Position numbers and translations under genes: made by a program. From assembly GCA_963668315.1 (NCBI GenBank), contig OY764216.1:5344001-5408000 (forward strand): a stretch of 64,000 nt of DNA, given 5' to 3'. Numbering within the stretch: position 1 is the first letter of the stretch; the number at the start of each line of letters is the position of its first letter. Shown here piece by piece: positions 37,722 through 46,121 of the stretch. The stretch comes from Spirochaetia bacterium. Its GTDB lineage: Bacteria; Spirochaetota; Spirochaetia; DSM-2461. Below the pieces are notes generated by a model. It did not search any database, was not told the DNA's origin, and saw only the letters and a program-made list of their open reading frames with translations.

Positions 37722-38438
37722 TGATCCGGGAAGGATCTGAAGGACTTCCTGTTTTAGCCGTTCATAAAGAGAAGAATCGACTTTTTCCCCCAGATCGTCA
37801 GGGGGAGTAAGAATGCAGGTCCACTTTCCCGTGCCCATTTCCACATATCCCAGAGCCGCATGTTCCAGATAGAAGGGAGAAGTATCGCCCCGGACGCCGT
37901 AAAGAGGATCGCCGCACAGGGGTAATCCCAGATTCCGGAACATGATGCGTATCTGATGGTAGCGGCCGGTAAGCAGTTTGATGAGCACATGTCTTTCATC
38001 GGCGCAGCCGGGGATTTCTCCGATAGCCAGTACTTCCAGAAAGGAAGGAGCCCCGCCGCTTCTGACAACAGTTGCCTTCTGGCCTTTTCTTTTCAGATAG
38101 GCCTTATGGGTTCCGAGCAGCCCGTCTGCCGAGAGACGGCCGTCCCATTTCACCCGGGCGATGTAGTATTTCTTCCAGCGCCGTTCGGCTATCTCATTGT
38201 TATAGTAGGCTACGGCTTCCTTTGAGCGGGCGGTCAGAACAATCCCGCAGGTAACCCCGTCCAGCCGGTGGGGAAGATAGATGGGGGTGTCGAAAGTATC
38301 CGCCAAAAGAGAGAGGAGAGAATCCCTGTTATTGTCCACCCTCTTTTCACAGGCCATACCGGCGGGTTTATAGACGATAAGCTCATTGATGGTCTCTTGT
38401 ACAATCCGCAGATCTTTTCTGGAGGTGCCGTTCTTCAT
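37710..38438 (-). CDS. RluA-family RNA pseudouridine synthase
   Basis: YKPAGM, catalytic HRLD..T.G, LLTGRYHQIR, PLCGDPLYG. Confidence 0.9.
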   Translation of the reverse strand: MKNGTSRKDLRIVQETINELIVYKPAGMACEKRVDNNRDSLLSLLADTFDTPIYLPHRLDGVTCGIVLTARSKEAVAYYNNEIAERRWKKYYIARVKWDGRLSADGLLGTHKAYLKRKGQKATVVRSGGAPSFLEVLAIGEIPGCADERHVLIKLLTGRYHQIRIMFRNLGLPLCGDPLYGVRGDTSPFYLEHAALGYVEMGTGKWTCILTPPDDLGEKVDSSLYERLKQEVLQILPGSSSE

Positions 38439-38582
38439 CGTCCTGAATGATAATAAAAGACAGGAAAAGTTATAATCCCCCGGATGTCAGAAAATGAGAG
38501 TCCACTCTCCAGGAATGATTCCGCTTTTCCTGTCCTTTCAAAGCGCCGCCCCGATCGGAGGTATCGGATTATGCCATAAAGA

Positions 38583-39155
38583 TCAAAAATCAGAGAGGAC
38601 CTGGTTAAAAACCGTAGTATAGTCGGTACCGTCTATAACTGCTGAAGTAAAAATGGGTGTTCCGCTATCGGGCATGGTCATGACGGTACTGACAGTAACG
38701 GAGGAACTGAGCACACTTCCGGATATGGTAAAATTCGACGTATAGGTAGTGGAGCCCGCACCCGAGACCGAAGTGATGTTCCCATTTATGAACATGTACT
38801 CCGCCGTATTCCCGGGATTCGTCACTTTATAATTGTCAAATGTAATGGTGGCTCCGCTGTCTGAAGTCGAAAAACTGCCGTCCAGAATCACATCAGCATT
38901 ACCGTCTGAATCAAGATCGATGGACGTATTGGTAAAGGTAAAAGTCACCAGACTGCCGGAAACGACAATGTCCAAACCGGCAGTGTCCGCCTCTACGGCC
39001 GCTTCTCCATCACTTTCATAGGAGGAATAGCCTTCCGTGGAAGTCATACCGGCGAAAATTGTCCCATAGGCTCCGTTTTCAACTTCTTCTGCTGTCAACG
39101 AATCGGCTTCATCATCATCGGATGATCCCAGCAGGTCACAGCCTGAAATATCAAA
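38583..39155 (-). pseudogene. Ser/Thr-rich beta-strand lipoprotein lacking its signal peptide (5'-truncated)
   Basis: Frame open to 39155 with ISGC-DLLGSSDDD lipoprotein start; TAA immediately upstream; no hydrophobic leader or ATG. Confidence 0.55.
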
Positions 39156-39258
39156 TTAATTGCCCCTTTACCATTCTGTAATGGGAGCGTATTGAGAAGA
39201 GAATGGAATTCATAGTATATTAGTCATGTTTAAATCAAAAACGATATGAGGAAAAGAA

Positions 39259-39663
39259 ATGAACCATCCCAAAGTATCCTTCACTCTGACTGAGGGGCTC
39301 GATCATATATCGCTTTATGAATCCTTCCATGAATCCCCGGATGACTCGACGGGGACCATACTGATTCATCACGGAAAGGCGAAATACCCCGGAAAAAAGG
39401 TTGCCGCCTACTCGAAGATAAACCTCTTTCAGGTTCAGCCCGATGCGGAAGAGATACTAGCGGCAAAGGCTGTGGAGATCGCGGAGAAATTCGGGCTGAA
39501 CAGACTGGTCGGCGTCCATAATCTAGGCGTGATCCGGAAAAATGATTCCATTCTCTTCCTTGCAGTAGAGGGGAAAGACCGGGTCAGCGCCTTCAGCGGC
39601 ATGAGAGAATTTCTTGAGGCGATAAAGGATGAATCCCTTCTCGGCCTGACGGAACTGGAATAA
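39259..39663 (+). CDS. moaE: Molybdopterin synthase catalytic subunit MoaE-like (divergent)
   Basis: GTILIHHG, VHNLGVI...ILFLAVEGKDR..AF...FLEAIK; adjacent to moeA/moaA. Confidence 0.65.
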   Translation: MNHPKVSFTLTEGLDHISLYESFHESPDDSTGTILIHHGKAKYPGKKVAAYSKINLFQVQPDAEEILAAKAVEIAEKFGLNRLVGVHNLGVIRKNDSILFLAVEGKDRVSAFSGMREFLEAIKDESLLGLTELE

Positions 39664-39673
39664 TCTTCCTCTC

Positions 39674-40930
39674 CTAAAACTGAAAGACCCGGACTTTCGC
39701 TCCCTCCGGGATCCCGTCCGTTTCCCGGCTGACAAGGATGTAGCCGTCGGCCCGGCTCAGCATGGTAATCATGCTTGATCCGCCGCTTACGGGAACCGCG
39801 TCGTATACCGGTTCGTGGTCAATCGAATATCCCGTGTCCCCGCCGTTTTTCCTGAGGATAACCGGCATGTATGTATCCCTTCCGGGAGCGGGGTGAACGT
39901 TTCTGGAAAGCACGGCGTCTATCCAGGGGACGGGAGGAACGGGAGCACCGTTAAAACGGTACAGCAGGGCTTTTCCGAGAATTCTGAAGATCGTCAGGGA
40001 TGAGATGGGATGGCCGGGAAGGCCGATCAGGGGAAAACCGTCAGCTTCGGCCAGGACGGTCGGTTTCCCCGGCTTGAAGGCGATTCCATGGACGAAACAT
40101 CCCGGTGTTCCCATTTTATTGAAGACTTCGGGGGTGAAATCCTTTTTCCCTACCGAACTACCCCCGCTCAGGAAGAGGACGTCCGAATCGGTCATGGCCT
40201 TCCTTACCGCGTCTTCCAGGGCCGATCTGTCATCGGTGATAACCGCCGTGCGGACAACTTCATACCCCAGCCTTTCCGCCTCGATTTTTATGGTATAGGT
40301 ATTTATATCCCGGATTTTTCCCGGCCTGAGTTCTTCCTCCGGTCCGAGAATCTCATCGCCGGTAGAAAGAAGGGTCATGGCCGGTTTTCTGTATACTTCC
40401 ACTTCCTCTATGCCCGAAGCCGCCAGGACACCGATATCGGGGGCATCAAGCCTTCGCCCTATCTCAAAAAGAGGCGCGTTCCGGGGAATATCCCCTCCTG
40501 CGGGGACAACGTTCATTCCGGGAACAGCGGGTTTCATCAGGGCGATTTCATTCCCCCGGACTTCGGAGTACTCCACCATGACGACGGCGTCAGCGCCTTC
40601 GGGAAGCATTCCCCCCGTCGGAATATACGCGGCCTCTCCGGGCCTGAGAGAGAAGGAGGGAGCGTCTCCCATAATGACTTCCCCGGCCGATGTAAATAGA
40701 GACGGAGAGATTTCCGAGGCGTTCTCCGTCTCGGCGGCGCGGATAGCGTAGCCGTCCATGATGGAACGGGCGAAATGGGGCACCGGATCCCGGGAGACTA
40801 GGGGCCCGGCAAGAAATCGTCCGTAGGCCTCGGATGGGGAGAGTTTCTCCGTTCCCGGTCTGAGATGGGAATATCTGCGGTTCAGCTCTTCCAGAGCGTT
40901 CTCCATGGTAATCAGTTTCAATAAGGCCAT
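39674..40930 (-). CDS. moeA: Molybdopterin molybdotransferase MoeA
   Basis: RSIMDGYA, TGGMLPEGADAVVMVE, STGDE, SGGSSVG..D, KPGKP, GLPGHP. Confidence 0.95.
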   Translation of the reverse strand: MALLKLITMENALEELNRRYSHLRPGTEKLSPSEAYGRFLAGPLVSRDPVPHFARSIMDGYAIRAAETENASEISPSLFTSAGEVIMGDAPSFSLRPGEAAYIPTGGMLPEGADAVVMVEYSEVRGNEIALMKPAVPGMNVVPAGGDIPRNAPLFEIGRRLDAPDIGVLAASGIEEVEVYRKPAMTLLSTGDEILGPEEELRPGKIRDINTYTIKIEAERLGYEVVRTAVITDDRSALEDAVRKAMTDSDVLFLSGGSSVGKKDFTPEVFNKMGTPGCFVHGIAFKPGKPTVLAEADGFPLIGLPGHPISSLTIFRILGKALLYRFNGAPVPPVPWIDAVLSRNVHPAPGRDTYMPVILRKNGGDTGYSIDHEPVYDAVPVSGGSSMITMLSRADGYILVSRETDGIPEGAKVRVFQF

Positions 40931-41102
40931 AATGCTTCGGTCCTCCCATGCCCAGAACCATACACGACATTCCCCGTTATGTCTGCCGTCACCGGGTATC
41001 CGGCGGAATATTATCTCCCCTTCGGGAAACTCTTCTCCCCGACAGGGGACGTATTGACATTCTGCCTGAAATTCCCGAATCTTGAAGAGGAGAAACTGAT
41101 CA

Positions 41103-41906
41103 ATGCTGGATTCCTACAACAGAGAAATTTCCTACCTGAGAATATCGGTGACAGACCGGTGCAATCTGCGCTGCCTTTACTGTATGCCGCCGGAGGGAAT
41201 CAGGAAAAAGGACCACTCCGACTGTCTCAGTTATGAGCAGATCGCGTCCATAGCCTCGGTAGCCGCTGAACTGGGAATCGAAAAAATCCGCCTTACCGGA
41301 GGGGAGCCCCTGGTCCGTTCGGGTATTGAGGAGCTGGTGAAGATGCTCAGGGGTATTTCCGGAATCGCCACCATAGCCATGACCACTAACGGCCAGCTTC
41401 TGGACAGCCACGCCGTCTCCCTCAAAGAAGCCGGACTGGACAGCCTGAATATTTCTCTGGACACACTGGATAAAGAGCGTTATGCCTGCCTGACAAGGGG
41501 AGGTGAAATTTCCAGAGTCCTCACCGGAATAGACGCGGCCCTTGCCTGCGGTTTTCCCGTAAAGATCAATATGGTGGTAAGCGGCGGGACGACGGCCGGA
41601 GAGATAAGCGATATGGAAGACTTCTGCCGGAGCAAGGGGATGAAACTGCAGAAGATTAAAGAGTACTCCCTGAAGAAGGATAAGCAGGAGAATGATGATT
41701 TTGTGTATCAGCGCCCTCCCCCCTGCAGCCGGTGCAACCGCATCAGACTCCTTTCGGACGGAAGGCTCAAGCCCTGCCTCCATTCGGACAGGGAGATTAA
41801 AATCGACATGGACGACATCAGAGGCTCTCTCAGAGAGGCAATAGAGAATAAACCCCGCTGCGGCAGCGTATGCAACACAAGGGATATGGCGGAGATCGGA
41901 GGCTGA
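41103..41906 (+). CDS. moaA: GTP 3',8-cyclase MoaA (radical SAM)
   Basis: YLRISVTDRCNLRCLYCMP, RLTGGEPL, CSRCNRIRL...KPCL, C-terminal IGG. Confidence 0.95.
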   Translation: MLDSYNREISYLRISVTDRCNLRCLYCMPPEGIRKKDHSDCLSYEQIASIASVAAELGIEKIRLTGGEPLVRSGIEELVKMLRGISGIATIAMTTNGQLLDSHAVSLKEAGLDSLNISLDTLDKERYACLTRGGEISRVLTGIDAALACGFPVKINMVVSGGTTAGEISDMEDFCRSKGMKLQKIKEYSLKKDKQENDDFVYQRPPPCSRCNRIRLLSDGRLKPCLHSDREIKIDMDDIRGSLREAIENKPRCGSVCNTRDMAEIGG

Positions 41907-41907
41907 T

Positions 41908-42363
41908 ATGGGATTTTCACACGTAGACGAATCGGGAAAGGCCCGCATGGTGGATGTCTCCTCAAAGCCCGTTATTCACCGGACGGCAAGGGCCGAAGGG
42001 ATGATTCTCTGCCAGAGGAAGACGTTGGAACTGATAGGGGAAAACCAGATCAAAAAGGGAGACGTCCTGACGGTGGCCCAGATAGCCGGAGTCATGGGCG
42101 CCAAGGAGACGTCGGCCCTTATTCCCTTGTGCCATAACATAGCCATAGACCAGATTACCGTGGAGCTGACCCCCGAAGAGAAGGGTATCAGAATCCGTTC
42201 GAAAGCCGTCTGCACCGATAAGACCGGGATCGAGATGGAAGCCCTTACCGCCGTGTCCGTAGCGGCGCTTACCGTCTATGACATGTGCAAGGCCGTGGAC
42301 AAGTCTATGGAGATCACGGGAATCAGGCTCCTGGAAAAGACCAAGGAAGAGATCCGCCGATGA
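41908..42363 (+). CDS. moaC: Cyclic pyranopterin monophosphate synthase MoaC
   Basis: ARMVDVS, KKGDVL, LIPLCH, TGIEMEAL, YDMCKAVD. Confidence 0.96.
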   Translation: MGFSHVDESGKARMVDVSSKPVIHRTARAEGMILCQRKTLELIGENQIKKGDVLTVAQIAGVMGAKETSALIPLCHNIAIDQITVELTPEEKGIRIRSKAVCTDKTGIEMEALTAVSVAALTVYDMCKAVDKSMEITGIRLLEKTKEEIRR

Positions 42364-42830
42364 CCATAACGATCATTACGGTCAGCGACCGGGCCAGCCG
42401 GGGAGAATACGACGATCTCTCCGGGCCGGAAATAGCGGGAATCCTCAGGGAATCCTATCCCGACTGCCATATAGAGAGAACGATTGTTCCCGACGAAAAA
42501 GAGGATATTCTGCGCGCCTTCGAAGGGGCCGCCGGAGACGATTACATCCTCACCACAGGCGGGACGGGTTTGTCCCCGAGGGATATCACGCCGGATGTGA
42601 CAAAAACCTACTGCGACAGGGAACTGCCGGGGATCTCCGAAATTCTCAGAAGGGAATCCTACAGGGAAACACCCCATGCCATGCTCAGCCGGGGATATTC
42701 CGGCCTTAAGGGAAGTACGGTCATCGTCAACTTCCCCGGCTCGGTCAAGGCGGTGAAGCTCTGTACGAAAATCCTTGTGCCCATCATGGAGCACTGCCGT
42801 AAAATGCTCAGGGGCGAGGGGCATGAATAA
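42360..42830 (+). CDS. mog: Molybdopterin adenylyltransferase MogA/MoaB
   Basis: ATGA overlap with moaC; TVSDRASRG..DLSG, TTGGTGLSPRDITPD, NFPGS. Confidence 0.92.
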   Translation: MTITIITVSDRASRGEYDDLSGPEIAGILRESYPDCHIERTIVPDEKEDILRAFEGAAGDDYILTTGGTGLSPRDITPDVTKTYCDRELPGISEILRRESYRETPHAMLSRGYSGLKGSTVIVNFPGSVKAVKLCTKILVPIMEHCRKMLRGEGHE

Positions 42831-42944
42831 AGCCGGAAAATGTCCTTTTTCCAGGGAAATACTCTATAATTAATAGTGTGAAGGATTGCATATTTCTGCA
42901 TACACCGGGTGAGAATGATTTCTTCACCGAGGAGTATAAGAAGA

Positions 42945-43718
42945 ATGAAAAGGTGCCGATTTTTCTTTATACTGGTTCTGATCACCCTGCCTCTCTGCGC
43001 TATGACCGAAGAGGAACTGCGGTCTGAATTCATGAAAACCCTGATAATTCCCAGCATAGAGGGGGAATTTCATATCACCCTGATCTCCCAAAGGGGTGAT
43101 GAAAGAAAAATCATAGCCCGGATATACCAGAAACGGATGGAAGAGAACCGTATAGGACGGCTCTTCCTCTTCGAATTCCCCCCCTCCATAAGGGGAACGG
43201 GGCTTCTTATCCACTCGTGCCTTGACGGAAGCGCCGATAACATGTGGATCTATCTTCCCGCCGTTAACAGAGTAAAACGGATAGCCCTGGAGTCCTCGGG
43301 AGGGGGCTATTTCATGGGGTCCGACTTCACCTATCTGGACCTTCTCGACCATGACCGGGACGATAGGGAATACGAGCTTCTAGATGACGCCCTGATTGAC
43401 TGCGTCGATTGCTACACCCTCAGGACAAGGGGCATAACGGAGGAACTCCGCCGGGAAATCGGCTACTCCTATACCTTGAACTATCACAGGAAGGACAATT
43501 TCATGGTGCAGAGAATCGAATATTTCGATCTGGCCGGGGAGCTTCTCAAGGTTTATTGCGCCGAAGGATTCCTGGATTTCGATCCGGGGATCTACCCCGT
43601 CAAGGTCACGATGACCAATGTTCAGACCGGCCACCGCTCGATTATCGAAATGGTCAATACCAGCAGCGCAGAAATCCCCGACAGTTTTTTTACAGCCCGC
43701 TACCTTATGGACCATTAG
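42945..43718 (+). CDS. Outer-membrane lipoprotein-sorting (LolA-like) protein
   Basis: Signal peptide; F..PPSIRGTGLL, MWIYLPAVNRVKRI, FMGSDFTY.D, IEYFD..GELLK. Confidence 0.85.
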   Translation: MKRCRFFFILVLITLPLCAMTEEELRSEFMKTLIIPSIEGEFHITLISQRGDERKIIARIYQKRMEENRIGRLFLFEFPPSIRGTGLLIHSCLDGSADNMWIYLPAVNRVKRIALESSGGGYFMGSDFTYLDLLDHDRDDREYELLDDALIDCVDCYTLRTRGITEELRREIGYSYTLNYHRKDNFMVQRIEYFDLAGELLKVYCAEGFLDFDPGIYPVKVTMTNVQTGHRSIIEMVNTSSAEIPDSFFTARYLMDH

Positions 43719-43733
43719 GACCGCCGGGAGATA

Positions 43734-44606
43734 TCAGGAAAACAGGTTTAACTGCCCGTTATCCTCTTTCTCCTCAAAGGCGGAGAGATAGGAGAAAATC
43801 CCATTGATATCGCTTGCCATACCGTTCTCGCCGCATCTCCGGTGGAAAAGCTCCATCAGCTCCCTGTTCCTGGGACTGTTGACCTCATAGCTCGTTCCGT
43901 AATGGTGAATATATTTCTGTTTCATTCCGGGAAAGTGCCGGTCCAGTTTCGCATAGAAGTACTCCCGGTTCCCCTCCCGGAGGGTCAGGCCCATGGCAAA
44001 GCAGATGATTCCGTACACTCCGGCTTCGATGCAGCAGTCGAGGAGGCCGTTAATATTTTCCTCCGTATCATTGATAAAAGGGAGGATGGGATCCAGCCAG
44101 ACAACGGTTTCGATGCCGTTCCGGTTGAGGGTTTTCAGAACGTCTACCCTTTCCCCGGTGGTGGACACGCGGGGCTCAATGATACGGCAGAGGTCTTCAT
44201 CCATGGTGGTAAGAGTCATCTGCACGATGCATCGGGCCTTCTCATTAATCCTCATTAAAAGATCCAGATCCTGCAGAATCAGAGCGGATTTCGTCTGGAT
44301 GGCCAGCCCGAAACCATATGTCTCAATTATCTCCAGACAGCTCCGGATATTCCTCAGGTTCAGGGGCAGCGGGATATAGGGATCGCTCATGGCTCCCGTG
44401 CCAATCATGCACTTTTTCCGCTTCCCCCTCAGTCTGGCTTCCAGCAGCTCCGGAGCATTGCTTTTGATCTCCACATCCTCAAAATCATGGTCCATGCCAT
44501 AGCAATGGCTCCGGGCGTCGCAGTAGATACAGCCATGGGTGCAGCCGCGGCTGATATTCATACCGTTTTTCTGAGACAATATTCCCTTGTAATCCTTCAG
44601 ATGCAT
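43734..44606 (-). CDS. Radical SAM protein (spore-photoproduct-lyase-like family)
   Basis: RGCTHGCIYCDARS, GTGAMSDPY, QTKS, IEP, PILPFIND; ends QLNLF. Confidence 0.85.
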   Translation of the reverse strand: MHLKDYKGILSQKNGMNISRGCTHGCIYCDARSHCYGMDHDFEDVEIKSNAPELLEARLRGKRKKCMIGTGAMSDPYIPLPLNLRNIRSCLEIIETYGFGLAIQTKSALILQDLDLLMRINEKARCIVQMTLTTMDEDLCRIIEPRVSTTGERVDVLKTLNRNGIETVVWLDPILPFINDTEENINGLLDCCIEAGVYGIICFAMGLTLREGNREYFYAKLDRHFPGMKQKYIHHYGTSYEVNSPRNRELMELFHRRCGENGMASDINGIFSYLSAFEEKEDNGQLNLFS

Positions 44607-44747
44607 ATCGTCCTTCATTTTACCCCGCAACGGACGGGAGCTTCAATCCTTCCGGGAATATCCCGATTATGTCCCGGCCGTCCTTCTCACTCCCTCCGGT
44701 GAATGGTATACTGAGGCTTACCCATAGGGATAGGGGATTACTCAAAA

Positions 44748-45392
44748 ATGGCACATACCGGAAAGCTCATACCAGTAATACTGATTCTCCTGCTGGCCCA
44801 GTCTCTCCTCACCGCGGGCGGCGGACAGCTGGGTTTCAGCGCCAGTTTCTGCGGCGGGCTCCCCTCGGGGAAGGGATTATGGGACTGGACGGATCTCGAA
44901 GACAGGGGAACCCTCTACTGGAACTGGGGAGGCGGAGCCGGGATTTCCGGACGCCAATTCCTCGGGGAAAAGGTCCTTATCGAAGAGGGGGCGAATCTCG
45001 TTTACATACAGGCGGATCAGCAGCTGGGAAGCACGCGCTATACCTATACCCAGTACTCCCTGGAGATTCCCCTTCTCGTAAAAACGCGGCTTCCCTTTAA
45101 AAATCCGTCCTATCTGGGCGTCGGTCCCGATCTGGTTTTCCTGCCCTTTGAGGGAACGATGAACTCCCTTTCCTCCCGGCCCGACCGATTTTTCATGCTG
45201 GCCCTGAACGCCGGAATGGATGTCCTGATGCGCTCCACATCCGCGTCCGACCTGTTCTTCTCCTTTCACTTCGTCCACCCCCTCACCTCTCCCCGATACG
45301 GCTGGATTGAGGAAAGCAGCGGCAGCGTGCGGATCAACCGGGTTGAACTAACCGCTTCCTGGTTCTTTAATCTGGGAGACGGGAAGCGGTGA
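44748..45392 (+). CDS. Outer-membrane beta-barrel (porin-family-like) protein
   Basis: Signal peptide; SLEIPLLVK, YLGVGP; C-terminal strand with aromatic residues. Confidence 0.65.
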   Translation: MAHTGKLIPVILILLLAQSLLTAGGGQLGFSASFCGGLPSGKGLWDWTDLEDRGTLYWNWGGGAGISGRQFLGEKVLIEEGANLVYIQADQQLGSTRYTYTQYSLEIPLLVKTRLPFKNPSYLGVGPDLVFLPFEGTMNSLSSRPDRFFMLALNAGMDVLMRSTSASDLFFSFHFVHPLTSPRYGWIEESSGSVRINRVELTASWFFNLGDGKR

Positions 45393-46027
45393 AAAGAGAG
45401 GCCCTCCTCTGTATGATCCTGATGATAACCTTCACTCCCCTCTTCGGACACAGTTTCCATGCGGGGCTGGAAGAGAGCGCCGGAATTGCCATTGGGACGG
45501 GAAAGGGGAACTGGGACTGGACCGATTCATCCCGGGATATTCAGCGCTACACCCCGTTCACACCGGGTATCGCCCTTGTGACAGCCTATGATCTGGGGCC
45601 TTTTTTTCAGATGGAGGGGGGAGTAGGCTATTACTGGAACAGCAACGAATTGGCCAACGGGGAGAGCCGATGGGTCTACGAACAGCAGACCCTGGAATTT
45701 CCCCTGGCCCTGCGTCTCTTTTTCGTTCCCCGGGAAAGAGGATTCTACGTAAAGGGCGGAACGGCCCTGATGATACTGACCGGAAAGGCCACCTTCCACA
45801 ACAGGGAAACCCGGGAAGATCTCCTTTTATCGGGCAGGGCCAGAAACAGATTCCATGGGGGACTTCAGATCGGCCTGGGCTATCAGGCGAAGCTGCTCAG
45901 GGGGCTGGGAGAAATAGAGGCAAAGTACATAACCTTCTACACCTCTCCCGATTATGTACGGACCGACGGCAGTCTGGGGGATATCCGTTTTCACCGTTTC
46001 GGTGTAAATTTCCGTTATTACTTCTGA
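45389..46027 (+). CDS. Outer-membrane beta-barrel protein, paralogue of the upstream gene
   Basis: GTGA overlap; TLEFPLALR, FYVKGG; ends FGVNFRYYF. Confidence 0.7.
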   Translation: MKREALLCMILMITFTPLFGHSFHAGLEESAGIAIGTGKGNWDWTDSSRDIQRYTPFTPGIALVTAYDLGPFFQMEGGVGYYWNSNELANGESRWVYEQQTLEFPLALRLFFVPRERGFYVKGGTALMILTGKATFHNRETREDLLLSGRARNRFHGGLQIGLGYQAKLLRGLGEIEAKYITFYTSPDYVRTDGSLGDIRFHRFGVNFRYYF

Positions 46028-46121
46028 AAAAGGCCCGGTATACCTGCTGTCCGGGAGGGAGTGTCAAGTCCTTGAAGGGCAGGTAGTTTACTGATAAGAT
46101 ATCTACTTTGAGGAGATTCAG

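Noticed and set aside
40931..41102. Moco/Wco riboswitch between moeA and moaA
   Set aside because: I could not identify the conserved motif elements
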